A stretch of DNA of 45,784 nt, from the UHGV virus genome UHGV-0211200. The stretch is one strand, 5' to 3'. How positions within the stretch are numbered: position 1 is the first letter of the stretch; every line of letters starts with the position of its first letter. Shown here in pieces: positions 17,105 to 26,211 of this stretch. The stretch comes from a virus. The notes under the pieces were generated by a model. The model saw nothing but the letters and a program-made list of their open reading frames with translations. It had not been told where the DNA came from and did not search any database. A program made the position numbers and the translations under genes.

Positions 17105-17644
17105 TTATTCAGACAATGAAGCAGGGCTTGCTCCATCAGCTGTAAAAGCCATTGTTGTAGGGTCTACCGCACCAAGAGTCCTATCGCCTACATAGTGCAC
17201 CGTATGCGCTGCGGAAACACCTTTCAGTCCTCCTGCAAAGTCTCCCAACTCAACGACACCCTCCTGCACCCATGCGCGCATTTTTCCGGTACTATCGGTT
17301 TTGTATCGTTTTACACAGAGGTACTTCAACCGCAAATCTGACAGAGTTGCCCTTTCTTCCATGAGCGTATCTATCTTCTGGGCGTATTTACTCTCACCCG
17401 ATACATTGGTTGGGTCCACTGTCATGCTTTCCGCATAGCCGGTGATGTCATAGTTATTATTTCCAAGCACATCCTGGCTTTCCTCTGTCTCTGGATTCAT
17501 GGAAATTGGCATATCTTCAACGCCTTTTCCAATAATCTCAAGTTTATCTTTTGTGATATTTGTGGTGCTTCCATCAGTTATCCAAAAGACCATAAAATCT
17601 TTTCTTTTTGCCTCTCCATCGGCATAAGTCCACGTTGCCACTGT
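17105..17644 (-). CDS. major tail protein
   Basis: ORF 17105..17677 trimmed to the GTG (MATWTYADGEAKRKDF) 7 nt after GAAAGGAG. Size, position and Thr/Gly-rich beta-type composition fit a siphovirus major tail protein. Confidence 0.55.
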   Translation of the reverse strand, partial: TVATWTYADGEAKRKDFMVFWITDGSTTNITKDKLEIIGKGVEDMPISMNPETEESQDVLGNNNYDITGYAESMTVDPTNVSGESKYAQKIDTLMEERATLSDLRLKYLCVKRYKTDSTGKMRAWVQEGVVELGDFAGGLKGVSAAHTVHYVGDRTLGAVDPTTMAFTADGASPASLSE

Positions 17645-17705
17645 TTTTCTCCTTTCAAATAAAAATAGAGCCATCACACAAGGCTCTGCGTCTTAGCGTC
17701 TGGCT

Positions 17706-18221
17706 CTACCATCTTTCAAAATCATATTTATATCCTATTGATACAGGAAGTATCCAGTCCTGCACGCCACTTTCCTGCGGTTCCAGTCCGTATGAGTTAT
17801 CACGGGTAACTTTGGTTATCTTTCTTCCCTGGGATAATGTGGGGTAATTTGATAATCGCTGCTCACTCCCATTAATCACAACCGGATCACGACACAGCCA
17901 CTTTCCGAACGTATCAAGAAATTCCTGTATGCTCATTTTCTGACGCTCTTTTGTGGATGATGTACGGTATATAATATAGAAGGGATACTGGCAGGTCTGG
18001 TGCACTCCACCTAGTACATCCTCAGTCTCGGAAAAGATTAAGGCTCCATTATCTGCCGAAAATGCAATCCCACTATCCTCACCCAATTCTTCAAATTTAA
18101 CGGTTTCATTTTCATACAAGCCAGGGAATTGATTAAGCAAAGCCTTTACAGCGATTGTCAGTACATCATATCCGCTTGCATCTTTTCCTATTGGTTTTCG
18201 TTCATCAGCCACGATTTCCAC
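17706..18221 (-). CDS. head-tail joining / minor capsid-like protein
   Basis: 171-aa ORF between the MCP module and the major tail protein. Confidence 0.4.
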   Translation of the reverse strand: MEIVADERKPIGKDASGYDVLTIAVKALLNQFPGLYENETVKFEELGEDSGIAFSADNGALIFSETEDVLGGVHQTCQYPFYIIYRTSSTKERQKMSIQEFLDTFGKWLCRDPVVINGSEQRLSNYPTLSQGRKITKVTRDNSYGLEPQESGVQDWILPVSIGYKYDFERW

Positions 18222-18696
18222 CTCCAGCCGTTTTCTTGGCTTGCTTTATCCATGTTTTACCGTCTGCTTGTTTGGCTGCATCAAACCATTTAGCCTGTGC
18301 CTTAGGATGCGCTGTTTTGGTATACTGTAAATCCTCTTTTGCTTTGGTTTTTCCTCCATATTGGCTTACCAATACCTTTTTAGTACCCTTTGTAGCCCAG
18401 GTACTACCAGTAACAGCGCTAACCATAGTTTTACCCCGGTATAAAAAAAGACCAGCAGGGCCATATGCGGCATATGCTTTTCCGCTCCCTTGTACTGCGG
18501 CGCTCGCTGCTCTGGTAACATCCACAAAATCGCCTGTGACCATCGGCATAAAAGGGACCATACTATTCATCACATTTCCATCAAGCTGATACTGCGCGCG
18601 CTGAAATTGCTTATCAAATCGAGATAAATTGAGCTTGATATTGATATCTCCATCAACAACGGAGAATCCTTTAAAATGTGTTATTTTACTTGCCAT
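18205..18696 (-). CDS. head-tail joining / minor capsid-like protein
   Basis: 163-aa basic protein in the head-tail module. Confidence 0.4.
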   Translation of the reverse strand: MASKITHFKGFSVVDGDINIKLNLSRFDKQFQRAQYQLDGNVMNSMVPFMPMVTGDFVDVTRAASAAVQGSGKAYAAYGPAGLFLYRGKTMVSAVTGSTWATKGTKKVLVSQYGGKTKAKEDLQYTKTAHPKAQAKWFDAAKQADGKTWIKQAKKTAGGGNRG

Positions 18697-18703
18697 AATT
18701 CAC

Positions 18704-19405
18704 CTATGAAATCATCTTTGCACTATTTTCTTGGATAAATGTTTTAATCTGCTCATATCCCCAACCGCAGCTTATAAGGCTACTCACCAGCATTTCCATA
18801 GATTCAATCTGTTTTAGTTCATCCGCTGTCACATACTCCCGAATACTTTCTTTTCCCTTGACACCATACTGTTCCTGGAGTTCTTTCATGGTCTTACCAA
18901 AGATGGTCTTATAAATTAATTTGGTATAGTTGGGATACATGAACTTCTTATGAGGACTATCAGCCACCTTCATTTTGATGGTGTCGGTCAGGATGTGGCG
19001 AACAATAACGCCCTTGTCCCTCTCAATCTGCCACTGCTGCCGCTCTGTATAGATTCTCTTAAGTTCTTTTTCCATGGTGTTGAAAGCCTTGATATAATCC
19101 AACTTCCACTTTAAAGCCTTTTCACCAGTGAAACCCATAGCAAGCAGAGAGAACCCATCTCTGTCCATCTCATACATCGGATATTCTTTCCCGCGGTTCT
19201 TATATGTGGTCAAGGTAAAGAAATTGGCGGCGGAATTTTCCGCCACGAGCTTCCGTATACTTTCAAGCACATCTTTATGCTCTTTCTCAAAATGCTCTGC
19301 CACTTTCAAGCTTGTGGTAACCAATTTTTCCTCGTATCTTTTTCCAATAATTTCTACTAACATAAACTCCATCCTTTCTATGTGTTTATTTACCCAATAA
19401 TTCAA
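18704..19405 (-). CDS. Rha-family phage regulatory protein / antirepressor (with ORF6C-like C-terminal domain)
   Basis: EKLVTTSLKVAEHFEKEHKDVLESIRKL...YKNRGKEYPMYEMDRDGFSLLAMGFTGEKALKWKLDYIKAFNTME matches the Phage_pRha consensus. Unusual location inside the late operon. Confidence 0.75.
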   Translation of the reverse strand: MNYWVNKHIERMEFMLVEIIGKRYEEKLVTTSLKVAEHFEKEHKDVLESIRKLVAENSAANFFTLTTYKNRGKEYPMYEMDRDGFSLLAMGFTGEKALKWKLDYIKAFNTMEKELKRIYTERQQWQIERDKGVIVRHILTDTIKMKVADSPHKKFMYPNYTKLIYKTIFGKTMKELQEQYGVKGKESIREYVTADELKQIESMEMLVSSLISCGWGYEQIKTFIQENSAKMIS

Positions 19406-19841
19406 AATGCGGAATCATAGAATATGGTCCGCCGACAGAACTTATGAGAAAAACAAAATCATAACGGTTATTCATAAAACCATAAAAACCAGAAGTATAA
19501 TCATCCTCATTGACAGCTCCATCGGTCCATTCTCCCTCCATGAAAAAATCGTCTGGACCAAAAGTGATTGAATCGTCCAGCAAATCATTTAGCTGTGATT
19601 TCCATGCTTTTGGAGGTAGCCAAGGAAGTTCTTTTCCAGATACATCATGGATTATCTTCTGTCCGTCTTTCTCTGAGAAAACAATATGTAATTCGGCATT
19701 GTCTGTACTGTCTGGTCCGTACTTCTTAAGCAGCTGTCCTTTATCAGTTATTAAGTCCACACCAGAAAGTACATGAGGATACCACACAGCAGCCGTGCGT
19801 GATTCATATAGATTGAATATTGTCACCGTGGCATTATACAT
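19386..19841 (-). CDS. hypothetical protein (head-tail region)
   Basis: 151-aa ORF overlapping the Rha gene start by 20 nt. No recognisable motif. Confidence 0.35.
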   Translation of the reverse strand: MYNATVTIFNLYESRTAAVWYPHVLSGVDLITDKGQLLKKYGPDSTDNAELHIVFSEKDGQKIIHDVSGKELPWLPPKAWKSQLNDLLDDSITFGPDDFFMEGEWTDGAVNEDDYTSGFYGFMNNRYDFVFLISSVGGPYSMIPHFELLGK

Positions 19842-19856
19842 GTAGTATCCCCTCCA

Positions 19857-20120
19857 TTATTTATTCATCTGCTTATACATCTGGTTAACGCCTGTAGCCG
19901 CTAAGCCAGACATAGCGCCAACTGCTACAGCCGTGATGTAGTCCGATGCCGGGAAGTCTGGTATAGTTCCCATACCAAGCGCGCCGAGAACACCACCTAC
20001 AACAGCCATAATGACCGGAATCCATTCGTCCGGTATCTTCTTTGCTGCCTTGCATCCAAGGCCGACCACATAGCTTAAAGCCACAATAGCCACACATGTT
20101 CCCAATGTTGTAATGTCCAT
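19857..20120 (-). CDS. holin-like small membrane protein
   Basis: 87 aa with 2-3 hydrophobic helices (LGTCVAIVALSYVVGLG, WIPVIMAVVGGVLGALGMG, ITAVAVGAMSGLAATG) and a charged C-terminus. Confidence 0.4.
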   Translation of the reverse strand: MDITTLGTCVAIVALSYVVGLGCKAAKKIPDEWIPVIMAVVGGVLGALGMGTIPDFPASDYITAVAVGAMSGLAATGVNQMYKQMNK

Positions 20121-20138
20121 ATCTTTTCCTTTCTGGAA

Positions 20139-20489
20139 TCAGAGCAAACCCAATTCCATGAATACTTTGAAAATCTTCGGAGACTGAATAGCGAACCAGT
20201 CAATCATTTCTTCATTAGTTGCCCACGCTCCGCATGTATTTGAACTTGAAGAATCCAGACCGCTTTCATACAAAAACGCATGGATGAGTTCATGCCGCAA
20301 TATGGCATTTTTATATCCTTCATAGTCCTTTAATTCGCAATCGTCCTTTTTATTGCAAATCACAATCATATGTGCAGAAAAATCGGTATATCCATCCCTA
20401 AATTTCCCATCCAGGTTTTCATCCGATTTTTCATCACGCTGGAAAACTTCCCATTCCGTTCCCAGAATGTTTACTTTACAATCCTGCAT
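20139..20489 (-). CDS. ImmA/IrrE-like HExxH zinc metallopeptidase domain protein
   Basis: 116 aa. HMIVICNKKDDCELKDYEGYKNAILRHELIHAFLYESG gives an HExxH motif in the context typical of M78/ImmA proteins (...I.IN....R.RF.LAHELGH). Confidence 0.5.
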   Translation of the reverse strand: MQDCKVNILGTEWEVFQRDEKSDENLDGKFRDGYTDFSAHMIVICNKKDDCELKDYEGYKNAILRHELIHAFLYESGLDSSSSNTCGAWATNEEMIDWFAIQSPKIFKVFMELGLL

Positions 20490-20970
20490 ATAAAAGTGGA
20501 GTCCCTTCGTTATCTTTTACTCCCATCAGATACACCTTTGCGGTATCATACAGGAGCTTATTGGTTGCCTGTTCATCCCCTGCCGCAGAGTATACAGCAC
20601 TCCAGGCTTTAGCTCCATTGGCTATTTCAGAAGGGGATGCATAGCTGATTGATTCGGAACCGGATGACTTTGACGTGATAACGCCTGTGGTTGCGCCGCC
20701 GGTCCCGCTGGTTATACTTCCAGCGGCGGCAGATAGCGCCTGTTTTTCTGCCAGATCCAAACCATACAGCTTATCAGCTAAGGCACATACGGCTTTCTTG
20801 ATTTTGGTCTGCTCTCGTTCATTTTCTGGGAGGCCGTCAACCAATCGTTTAAATGTCATCATATCAAGAAAGTCGCTTGCCCGTTCTGCCTGTTTATCAA
20901 ATGATTGGGAATCAGGTATGGCACTGCCGTAGTATTTTGTTGTGTAAAATTCATAGTCTGCATATGCCAT
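20476..20970 (-). CDS. head-tail connector / DNA-packaging (gp6-like) protein
   Basis: 164 aa. N-terminal MAYADYEFYTTKYYGSAIPDSQSFDKQAERASDFLDMMT resembles siphovirus head-tail connector proteins. Located after the MCP. Confidence 0.45.
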   Translation of the reverse strand: MAYADYEFYTTKYYGSAIPDSQSFDKQAERASDFLDMMTFKRLVDGLPENEREQTKIKKAVCALADKLYGLDLAEKQALSAAAGSITSGTGGATTGVITSKSSGSESISYASPSEIANGAKAWSAVYSAAGDEQATNKLLYDTAKVYLMGVKDNEGTPLLYAGL

Positions 20971-20983
20971 ATTGATTCCTCAC

Positions 20984-21187
20984 TCACTCTGCCGCTTGCC
21001 TTTTTCTTTTAATGCTACACAGCTTAGTACATTTTGCCATGACTTCCGCGAGGGTATATTCCCCCATGGAATCCGTCATGGATGACTGTTCCTTGCTGTA
21101 TGTCACCTTACCATCCTTGATGTCGACCGGGTACAGCCTCCCGTTTGATACCATGTAAGGCAGCCCGTCAATGATTGTAAACCTCAT
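20984..21187 (-). CDS. small hypothetical protein after the major capsid gene
   Basis: ORF 20984..21397 trimmed to the Met in MRFTIIDGLPYMVSNGRLYPVD (67 aa), the first ATG after the MCP stop. The upstream part overlaps the MCP gene. Confidence 0.25.
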   Translation of the reverse strand: MRFTIIDGLPYMVSNGRLYPVDIKDGKVTYSKEQSSMTDSMGEYTLAEVMAKCTKLCSIKRKRQAAE

Positions 21188-21197
21188 ACTGTACACC

Positions 21198-22217
21198 TTA
21201 TCCGTTGGAAATAATCTGACCGATACGGATGTTCTTTGCCTTGTATGCAAGCTCCCAGTTAGCCTTGTTTCCAAGTTCTGTCTTGGTCGGGGATTCCCCG
21301 GAAATGCTTGCAACCTTGAGATTGAAGCCGTTCGGATGCAGTACACGGCCTTCCTTGGTATACAGTTTCTCGATACCTGCCTTTGTCTCCGCATCATAGT
21401 CTGTGTAATACGGCTCGTTGTAATTGGTCTTCTCTGCCGTCAGGATGGCACTCTGTCCCACGATTGTGGTGATGTACTTCGGGACATCACCGGATGCATC
21501 CACCGTGAACCGGTCAGACACTACCGGGATGAGGCCGTTGATTGTCGGGAGGTTGACCTCCGATGTCATGGCATTCTGGATGGTGTACTTGTTATAGTTC
21601 ACAAGCCCCATTGCCTGGTATCTCGCAAATATGAGTGAGTTCATGATTGCGATTCCGAAACCGTTCGCCATGTCCCCAAGGGCCTTCTGCTGCGCATAAA
21701 TCATGGTCGTTTCGTCAATCCTGTTGGCATCCTGTACGCTGCTCCCATCCGAAAGGGCAATGTTATATACATGGTCCTTCATCGAATCCAGCCCCATGAC
21801 CGCATTCACGATGTTCATGAGTTCGGCCTCCCATACCTGCCGGTAATAGTCGGACACGCTGTTTGCGATATGCTGAATCGGGTCCGCCCCGGTAAGCTCC
21901 TTCGTGAAGTCCTGCGCTTTCCATGCCATCATCCTCTGAATCAGCATGGCGGTCTGCTTTCCGCCGCTAATCTCCTTCGGCGTGTTGTTCGTGTTACCAT
22001 CATTGTTGTACGGCTCATAGTCTGCAATGTCCATTGCCTTATAGAATGGCAGTGTAGCAACATTACCCTCGGAACCGATGAGGTTCATGATGGTGCTGTC
22101 CTGCTGGAGTATGCCGGATGCGATGATTGCATTGCTCCATGTGGGCTGCTCCGACATATAATCGGAAAATACTTCCGGGTCAAATGCAAACCCTCCAAAT
22201 GTACCTGTTCTTGGCAT
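21198..22217 (-). CDS. major capsid protein (HK97-fold)
   Basis: 339 aa. N-terminal MPRTGTFGGFAFDPEVFSDYM is typical of Firmicutes phage major capsid proteins. Follows the scaffold gene. Confidence 0.8.
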   Translation of the reverse strand: MPRTGTFGGFAFDPEVFSDYMSEQPTWSNAIIASGILQQDSTIMNLIGSEGNVATLPFYKAMDIADYEPYNNDGNTNNTPKEISGGKQTAMLIQRMMAWKAQDFTKELTGADPIQHIANSVSDYYRQVWEAELMNIVNAVMGLDSMKDHVYNIALSDGSSVQDANRIDETTMIYAQQKALGDMANGFGIAIMNSLIFARYQAMGLVNYNKYTIQNAMTSEVNLPTINGLIPVVSDRFTVDASGDVPKYITTIVGQSAILTAEKTNYNEPYYTDYDAETKAGIEKLYTKEGRVLHPNGFNLKVASISGESPTKTELGNKANWELAYKAKNIRIGQIISNG

Positions 22218-22223
22218 GATTCA

Positions 22224-22844
22224 TTATCCTTTCATACTGTTATAGAGTTCCGGGTTGCTGTTCTTGAGCGCAATCCTCTCGTCAAGGCTCATTCCCTTCC
22301 AATCCGCTTTTGTTAATTTTCCTGCGCTTCCGCTTTTGCCGGCCGGGACCGTGAACCTCGCCATGTTCTGTTGTGCCTGTTGCTGTGCATCATCAACAAA
22401 CGCCGAAGCATCTTTTTCTTTCATTTGAGATAAAAGGTCATTCAGCCCCAGGATTTTACCATCTTTTAGCTTTAAATCGGCCTCTTTTACTTCTGCCATA
22501 ATTGCACGTTTAGCTGCCTCGCTGGAAAATTTAATGCCTTCAAATTCTGTTTTAAGCGCATCCGCAAAATCACGTTCATAAAGCTGTGCCTGGGCGTTTT
22601 TTTCGGCTTCTGTAGCTTTCTGTTTCCAATCAGACAGTTCTTTCTGCATCGTCTCCAGGTCAACCCCTTCAAAGCCTTTCAGCGTTGTTTCTGCTGCTTC
22701 TGCTTTTTCTTTCCAAGTATCCCGTTCCGATGTCAGATTGTCGTTTTCTTTCTGCAACTTTTTGAGGTCTTTCCCATTTTCAGCCATGACAAAAGATATC
22801 TGTTCCTCTGTTAATCCCTGTGCTTTTAATTCTTCAGTTTTCAT
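22224..22844 (-). CDS. capsid scaffolding protein
   Basis: 206-aa acidic coiled-coil-like protein (EELKAQGLTEEQISFVMAENGKDLKKLQKEND...). RBS AAGGAG 8 nt before the ATG. Immediately upstream of the MCP. Confidence 0.7.
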   Translation of the reverse strand: MKTEELKAQGLTEEQISFVMAENGKDLKKLQKENDNLTSERDTWKEKAEAAETTLKGFEGVDLETMQKELSDWKQKATEAEKNAQAQLYERDFADALKTEFEGIKFSSEAAKRAIMAEVKEADLKLKDGKILGLNDLLSQMKEKDASAFVDDAQQQAQQNMARFTVPAGKSGSAGKLTKADWKGMSLDERIALKNSNPELYNSMKG

Positions 22845-23106
22845 TGATGATTCTCCTTTTCCGTTATTAGGTTATTTGTAGGTGTGTAACCGTCCACCAA
22901 CGGTTTGCCATTTTGTAGGACTTGGCGTGTCCCAAAACGCACATGCCGGAAATTGCATCCGCTTTTCAACCTCCAGGCTGTTTACGCTAAGCGTTAGAAC
23001 CTGTTTCTTTTAAGGACATGTGCTATAGGAAGGAGGTCAAATATAAGAAAAAGCCACACAAACTACATTGCTGTAATCTGTATGGCTCTGCGACTGGCGA
23101 CTGGCT

Positions 23107-23343
23107 CTAATTAATGTTTTGCATTCTTTTTATTTCACTTCCATATATATCCATTACAGTTGTATTCCTACACTTTGGACAAAACACAGGTAAATTCTTG
23201 GCTTCGGTATCTTTTCTGATTTTTGTTCTCGTCTTATTACTGCATATGGGGCAGTATACCCAACCATCTTTTACCATGTTTTCACCCTTTCTGTTTATTC
23301 TTACTCCCATTTTACTGTATTCGCAAGAAATAATCGTCCCCAC
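23107..23343 (-). CDS. cysteine-rich KTR-domain small protein
   Basis: YCPICSNKTRTKIRKDTEAKNLPVFCPKCRNTTVMDI matches the Cys_rich_KTR pattern (CP.C..KTR.KIR.DT..KN.P.FCPKC). Confidence 0.5.
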   Translation of the reverse strand: MGTIISCEYSKMGVRINRKGENMVKDGWVYCPICSNKTRTKIRKDTEAKNLPVFCPKCRNTTVMDIYGSEIKRMQNIN

Positions 23344-23384
23344 ATTTTGTAAAGGCGGTAGGACTTTTTCCCACCGCCAATGTG

Positions 23385-23930
23385 TTACATCATATTACGC
23401 AACTTTTCGATATATCTTTTCATGGTTTCCCGCTCCTCGCGGCAGTCAGCATCTTTTGACATCTCGCCTAATTCCTCGGTGAGAGCATCCATATGTTCCT
23501 CCAGTGCAGAAAGCATACGCCGTTTGCAATCTTCATCTTTTCCGCCGGATCGGTAACTTTGCTTCTGATTCATATAGTCATCATACGCAGCTGGACCAGT
23601 TGCACGGCTGTAATGACCTCTGACATAATGCTTTCCTCTGGTACCGCGATAAGAGCTGTCATTATCGTAGTCTGGAGACATACGTCCATCAGCGCGGCTA
23701 TAGCGTCCCATACTATCACGCTTGCGGCGTGCTTCGCTGTACTCTCCACCATCCATTTCATCCATTACCTGGTTGTAGTACTCTTCCTTGCATTTCCAGT
23801 ACTCTACATTCTCCATGTCTTTCCACATGTCAATCAGTTTGTATGCGGTTTCAAGGTTGCTAGTGTTCAGGCCCTTTTCCGCAATCTTATCCAGTTCTTC
23901 GTGGATATTCTGCATCATCTTATAACTCAT
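23385..23930 (-). CDS. hypothetical protein with helical ends and a disordered R/S/Y/D-rich centre
   Basis: 181-aa ORF. Central SMGRYSRADGRMSPDYDNDSSYRGTRGKHYVRGHYSRATG is low-complexity, reminiscent of spore-coat-type proteins. Confidence 0.4.
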   Translation of the reverse strand: MSYKMMQNIHEELDKIAEKGLNTSNLETAYKLIDMWKDMENVEYWKCKEEYYNQVMDEMDGGEYSEARRKRDSMGRYSRADGRMSPDYDNDSSYRGTRGKHYVRGHYSRATGPAAYDDYMNQKQSYRSGGKDEDCKRRMLSALEEHMDALTEELGEMSKDADCREERETMKRYIEKLRNMM

Positions 23931-23942
23931 AGCCTTACCCCC

Positions 23943-24341
23943 TTAACCTATTCTGCTAACAACAAGGTTAGCGTCTGATACTGTCGCCGCTGTGGCTCCA
24001 ACGTTTTTTACCGATAAGGTAGCACAACATGGCTTGCACACTCGTACTTCTACAGTTGCTGCTCCATTGATTGTTGCGCCGGCGGCAACTGTGTTCTGGA
24101 TTCTTGCACCGGGAATGCCTTCGCCGTCCTGCTGTATTTCAAAAATTACATCTCCTGCCGCAGCTGCGGAAAAGTTTCCGTTAAATCCTACACGGTACAG
24201 GCCAGGAAGTAAAACTACTCTCCCAGAAAGTGGCTCATGTCTTATATTTGGACAATTGCAAGAATATATCCGGTTTGCTGCAAACAAAACACTTGCATTG
24301 ACTTCAACGGTCTGTGTGCCAGCAGTTACAAAATCTGCCAT
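23943..24341 (-). CDS. BclA C-terminal-domain-like (C1q/TNF-like beta-sandwich) protein
   Basis: 132 aa. GLYRVGFNGNFSAAAAGDVIFEIQQDGEGIPGARIQNTVAAGATINGAATVEVRV...LSVKNVGATAATVSDANLVVSRIG follows the BclA-CTD pattern. RBS AAGGAGG before the ATG. Confidence 0.45.
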   Translation of the reverse strand: MADFVTAGTQTVEVNASVLFAANRIYSCNCPNIRHEPLSGRVVLLPGLYRVGFNGNFSAAAAGDVIFEIQQDGEGIPGARIQNTVAAGATINGAATVEVRVCKPCCATLSVKNVGATAATVSDANLVVSRIG

Positions 24342-24406
24342 AATAATTCCTCCTTATATGCACAGAAGGGCAAGCCTGTGCCTACCCCTCCATGTGTGTA
24401 ATACTA

Positions 24407-24643
24407 CTATTCAGTAGACATGTCCTTTTCGGACAAGATACGCAATATGCGGTTGTTTTGGTCGATAATCTTTTCCATGTATTCTTTATTTTGCTGTTGA
24501 AGCGCCTCCATAATATCATTATTAGAAGCTTCTCCCAAAAGCAAAAACACATCAATCATTTGTAATGCTGCTGCATATAAAGCAAGATTATCGTAAAACT
24601 GTTCGTTTCGAGTTAGCATCCGCATCCAGCATTGCACCCACAA
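24407..24643 (-). CDS. hypothetical small helical protein
   Basis: 78-aa ORF overlapping the upstream gene by 31 nt. Confidence 0.3.
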   Translation of the reverse strand: MWVQCWMRMLTRNEQFYDNLALYAAALQMIDVFLLLGEASNNDIMEALQQQNKEYMEKIIDQNNRILRILSEKDMSTE

Positions 24644-25317
24644 TTAGATGCATATGGATATGGCGCCGGTACTGTATAAGCCGGTACAGGCTGCGGCTGA
24701 CGAAGCTGGGCAACGATTGAGTTACCAACTGCATCAATAAAGCCGTTCTGGGCTGTCTGGCTTGCCTGGAACCTAAGAGTCTGATTCTCTGCCTGGAGGC
24801 TGGAAATCTTGTCCTGAGTCAGGAAGTCAAGGATAGCCCTGGTGTTGCTGTTATTATTGTCCAGGATATCCCTAGTTGCAGTCTGAATGGTATTTCTGGT
24901 GTCGCAAGACTGTGTAGCCAGATTGTAGTTTACGCCATCAATAGCGCGCTGTGTCTGGCAGCAGCAATCCTGGAGCTGATAGCCCATCTGGCATAAGCTA
25001 CGGTCAACACCGTTAAATCCGCTGGTAATAGTGTTGTTCAGAGCGTATGTGCTGTCACAGATACCTTGCTGGATACCTCTAATTCCGTTTTCTATACCGT
25101 TCAAAGCAAAACCTTCATTGATATCTGCTCTGGTTGCAAGACCCTGGAGTCCCGCTCCATTTGCACCGTTGCCGCCGAAGCCATTGCCCCAGCCTCCCCC
25201 AGCGAACAGGAAGAGAACGATAATCCAAATCCAATCGCCCCACATACCATCGCCATTTCTGTTATTTCCGTTTCCTGTAGCGGCTGCAATGTCCGCTAAA
25301 GAGTAACCACTTTCCAT
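24613..25317 (-). CDS. membrane protein with YjcZ-like Gly-rich hydrophobic segment and Cys-rich C-terminus
   Basis: 234 aa. WGDWIWIIVLFLFAGGGWGNGFGGNGANGAG. Cys clusters DCCCQ and a terminal NCGCNAGCGC. Confidence 0.45.
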   Translation of the reverse strand: MESGYSLADIAAATGNGNNRNGDGMWGDWIWIIVLFLFAGGGWGNGFGGNGANGAGLQGLATRADINEGFALNGIENGIRGIQQGICDSTYALNNTITSGFNGVDRSLCQMGYQLQDCCCQTQRAIDGVNYNLATQSCDTRNTIQTATRDILDNNNSNTRAILDFLTQDKISSLQAENQTLRFQASQTAQNGFIDAVGNSIVAQLRQPQPVPAYTVPAPYPYASNCGCNAGCGC

Positions 25318-25371
25318 AAAATTTACTCCTTTTAAAATATATTTACAAAATCATGCGCATTGATTTATGTA

Positions 25372-25620
25372 CTATTTTTTCATTCCGCCAAGCATCTGCT
25401 GAAACTGCTGGGCCATCTGCTGTGCTTGATTAAGCTGGTCCTGTGTAATCTGCCCCGACTGTAGCATTTTCTGTACTTCTTCCTGGGGATTACCTTTAAA
25501 GTTGTTTTTAAATTCCATAAATTTCTGAATCATTTGCATTGGGTTATTTCCGCCTCCCATTCCAGGCATCATGCCACCCATTGGTGAAGCGCCGCCCAAC
25601 ATGCTAAATAATGGATTCAT
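25372..25620 (-). CDS. Met/Gly/Gln-rich small protein
   Basis: 82 aa. MLGGASPMGGMMPGMGGGNNPMQMIQKFMEF...QQMAQQFQQMLGGMKK, low complexity. Confidence 0.4.
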   Translation of the reverse strand: MNPLFSMLGGASPMGGMMPGMGGGNNPMQMIQKFMEFKNNFKGNPQEEVQKMLQSGQITQDQLNQAQQMAQQFQQMLGGMKK

Positions 25621-25623
25621 ATA

Positions 25624-26094
25624 TTATTTCCCCTTTCCGCTTGGAGCTGTGCTGGATTCTAAAAGGCCGTACAATTCATCATATTTTGCCTTTAAATCCT
25701 GATACTCGTTTCTGGTAACATACTTTTCATCCAGATTTTCAGCCGGTACAGATTCTTTTTTCTGACCATTGACAATCTCTTTATATTCAAAAGTGCGAAG
25801 CGTTGGCATTCCTGCCGCATCGGTTGTCTTAATATAAAAATACTCATTTTCGCTATCCATCAGCAATATGGATGTGCTGGGAGCCACTAAATATGACTTT
25901 GCCCCGGCTTCCCCCTGTACCCATAAGATACCCTGATTCGTCTGCGGAACCTGCGGAACTTGTGTCTGCTGTTGCATCTGATATGGTGCCTGTAGCTGCT
26001 GCAATCGGTCCATAGGTGGTTGCATCTGTGGCTGATAAGGATGTGCGTTTGGATATGTATTCAGATAGTTTGGATTGATAAATGGTTGCGGCAT
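25624..26094 (-). CDS. Pro/Gln-rich N-terminus protein with C-terminal beta-rich domain
   Basis: 156 aa. RBS GGAGGGG before the ATG. First gene after a terminator. Confidence 0.45.
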   Translation of the reverse strand: MPQPFINPNYLNTYPNAHPYQPQMQPPMDRLQQLQAPYQMQQQTQVPQVPQTNQGILWVQGEAGAKSYLVAPSTSILLMDSENEYFYIKTTDAAGMPTLRTFEYKEIVNGQKKESVPAENLDEKYVTRNEYQDLKAKYDELYGLLESSTAPSGKGK

Positions 26095-26132
26095 TATATC
26101 CCCTCCGTTCTTTTATAATCAAATTATCCCAT

Positions 26133-26168
26133 AAAAAATAAGCCAATGACAGGTCATCAAAGGCTTAT
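26133..26168 (-). terminator. rho-independent terminator (minus strand)
   Basis: Stem ATAAGCC (26138-26144) / GGCTTAT (26162-26168) with a nested TGAC-AG-GTCA. On the minus strand it is followed by TTTTTTAT. Confidence 0.5.
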
Positions 26169-26211
26169 AAAAGTATCACACTGTTATTATTACAGTTTTT
26201 TTCATTCTGAT

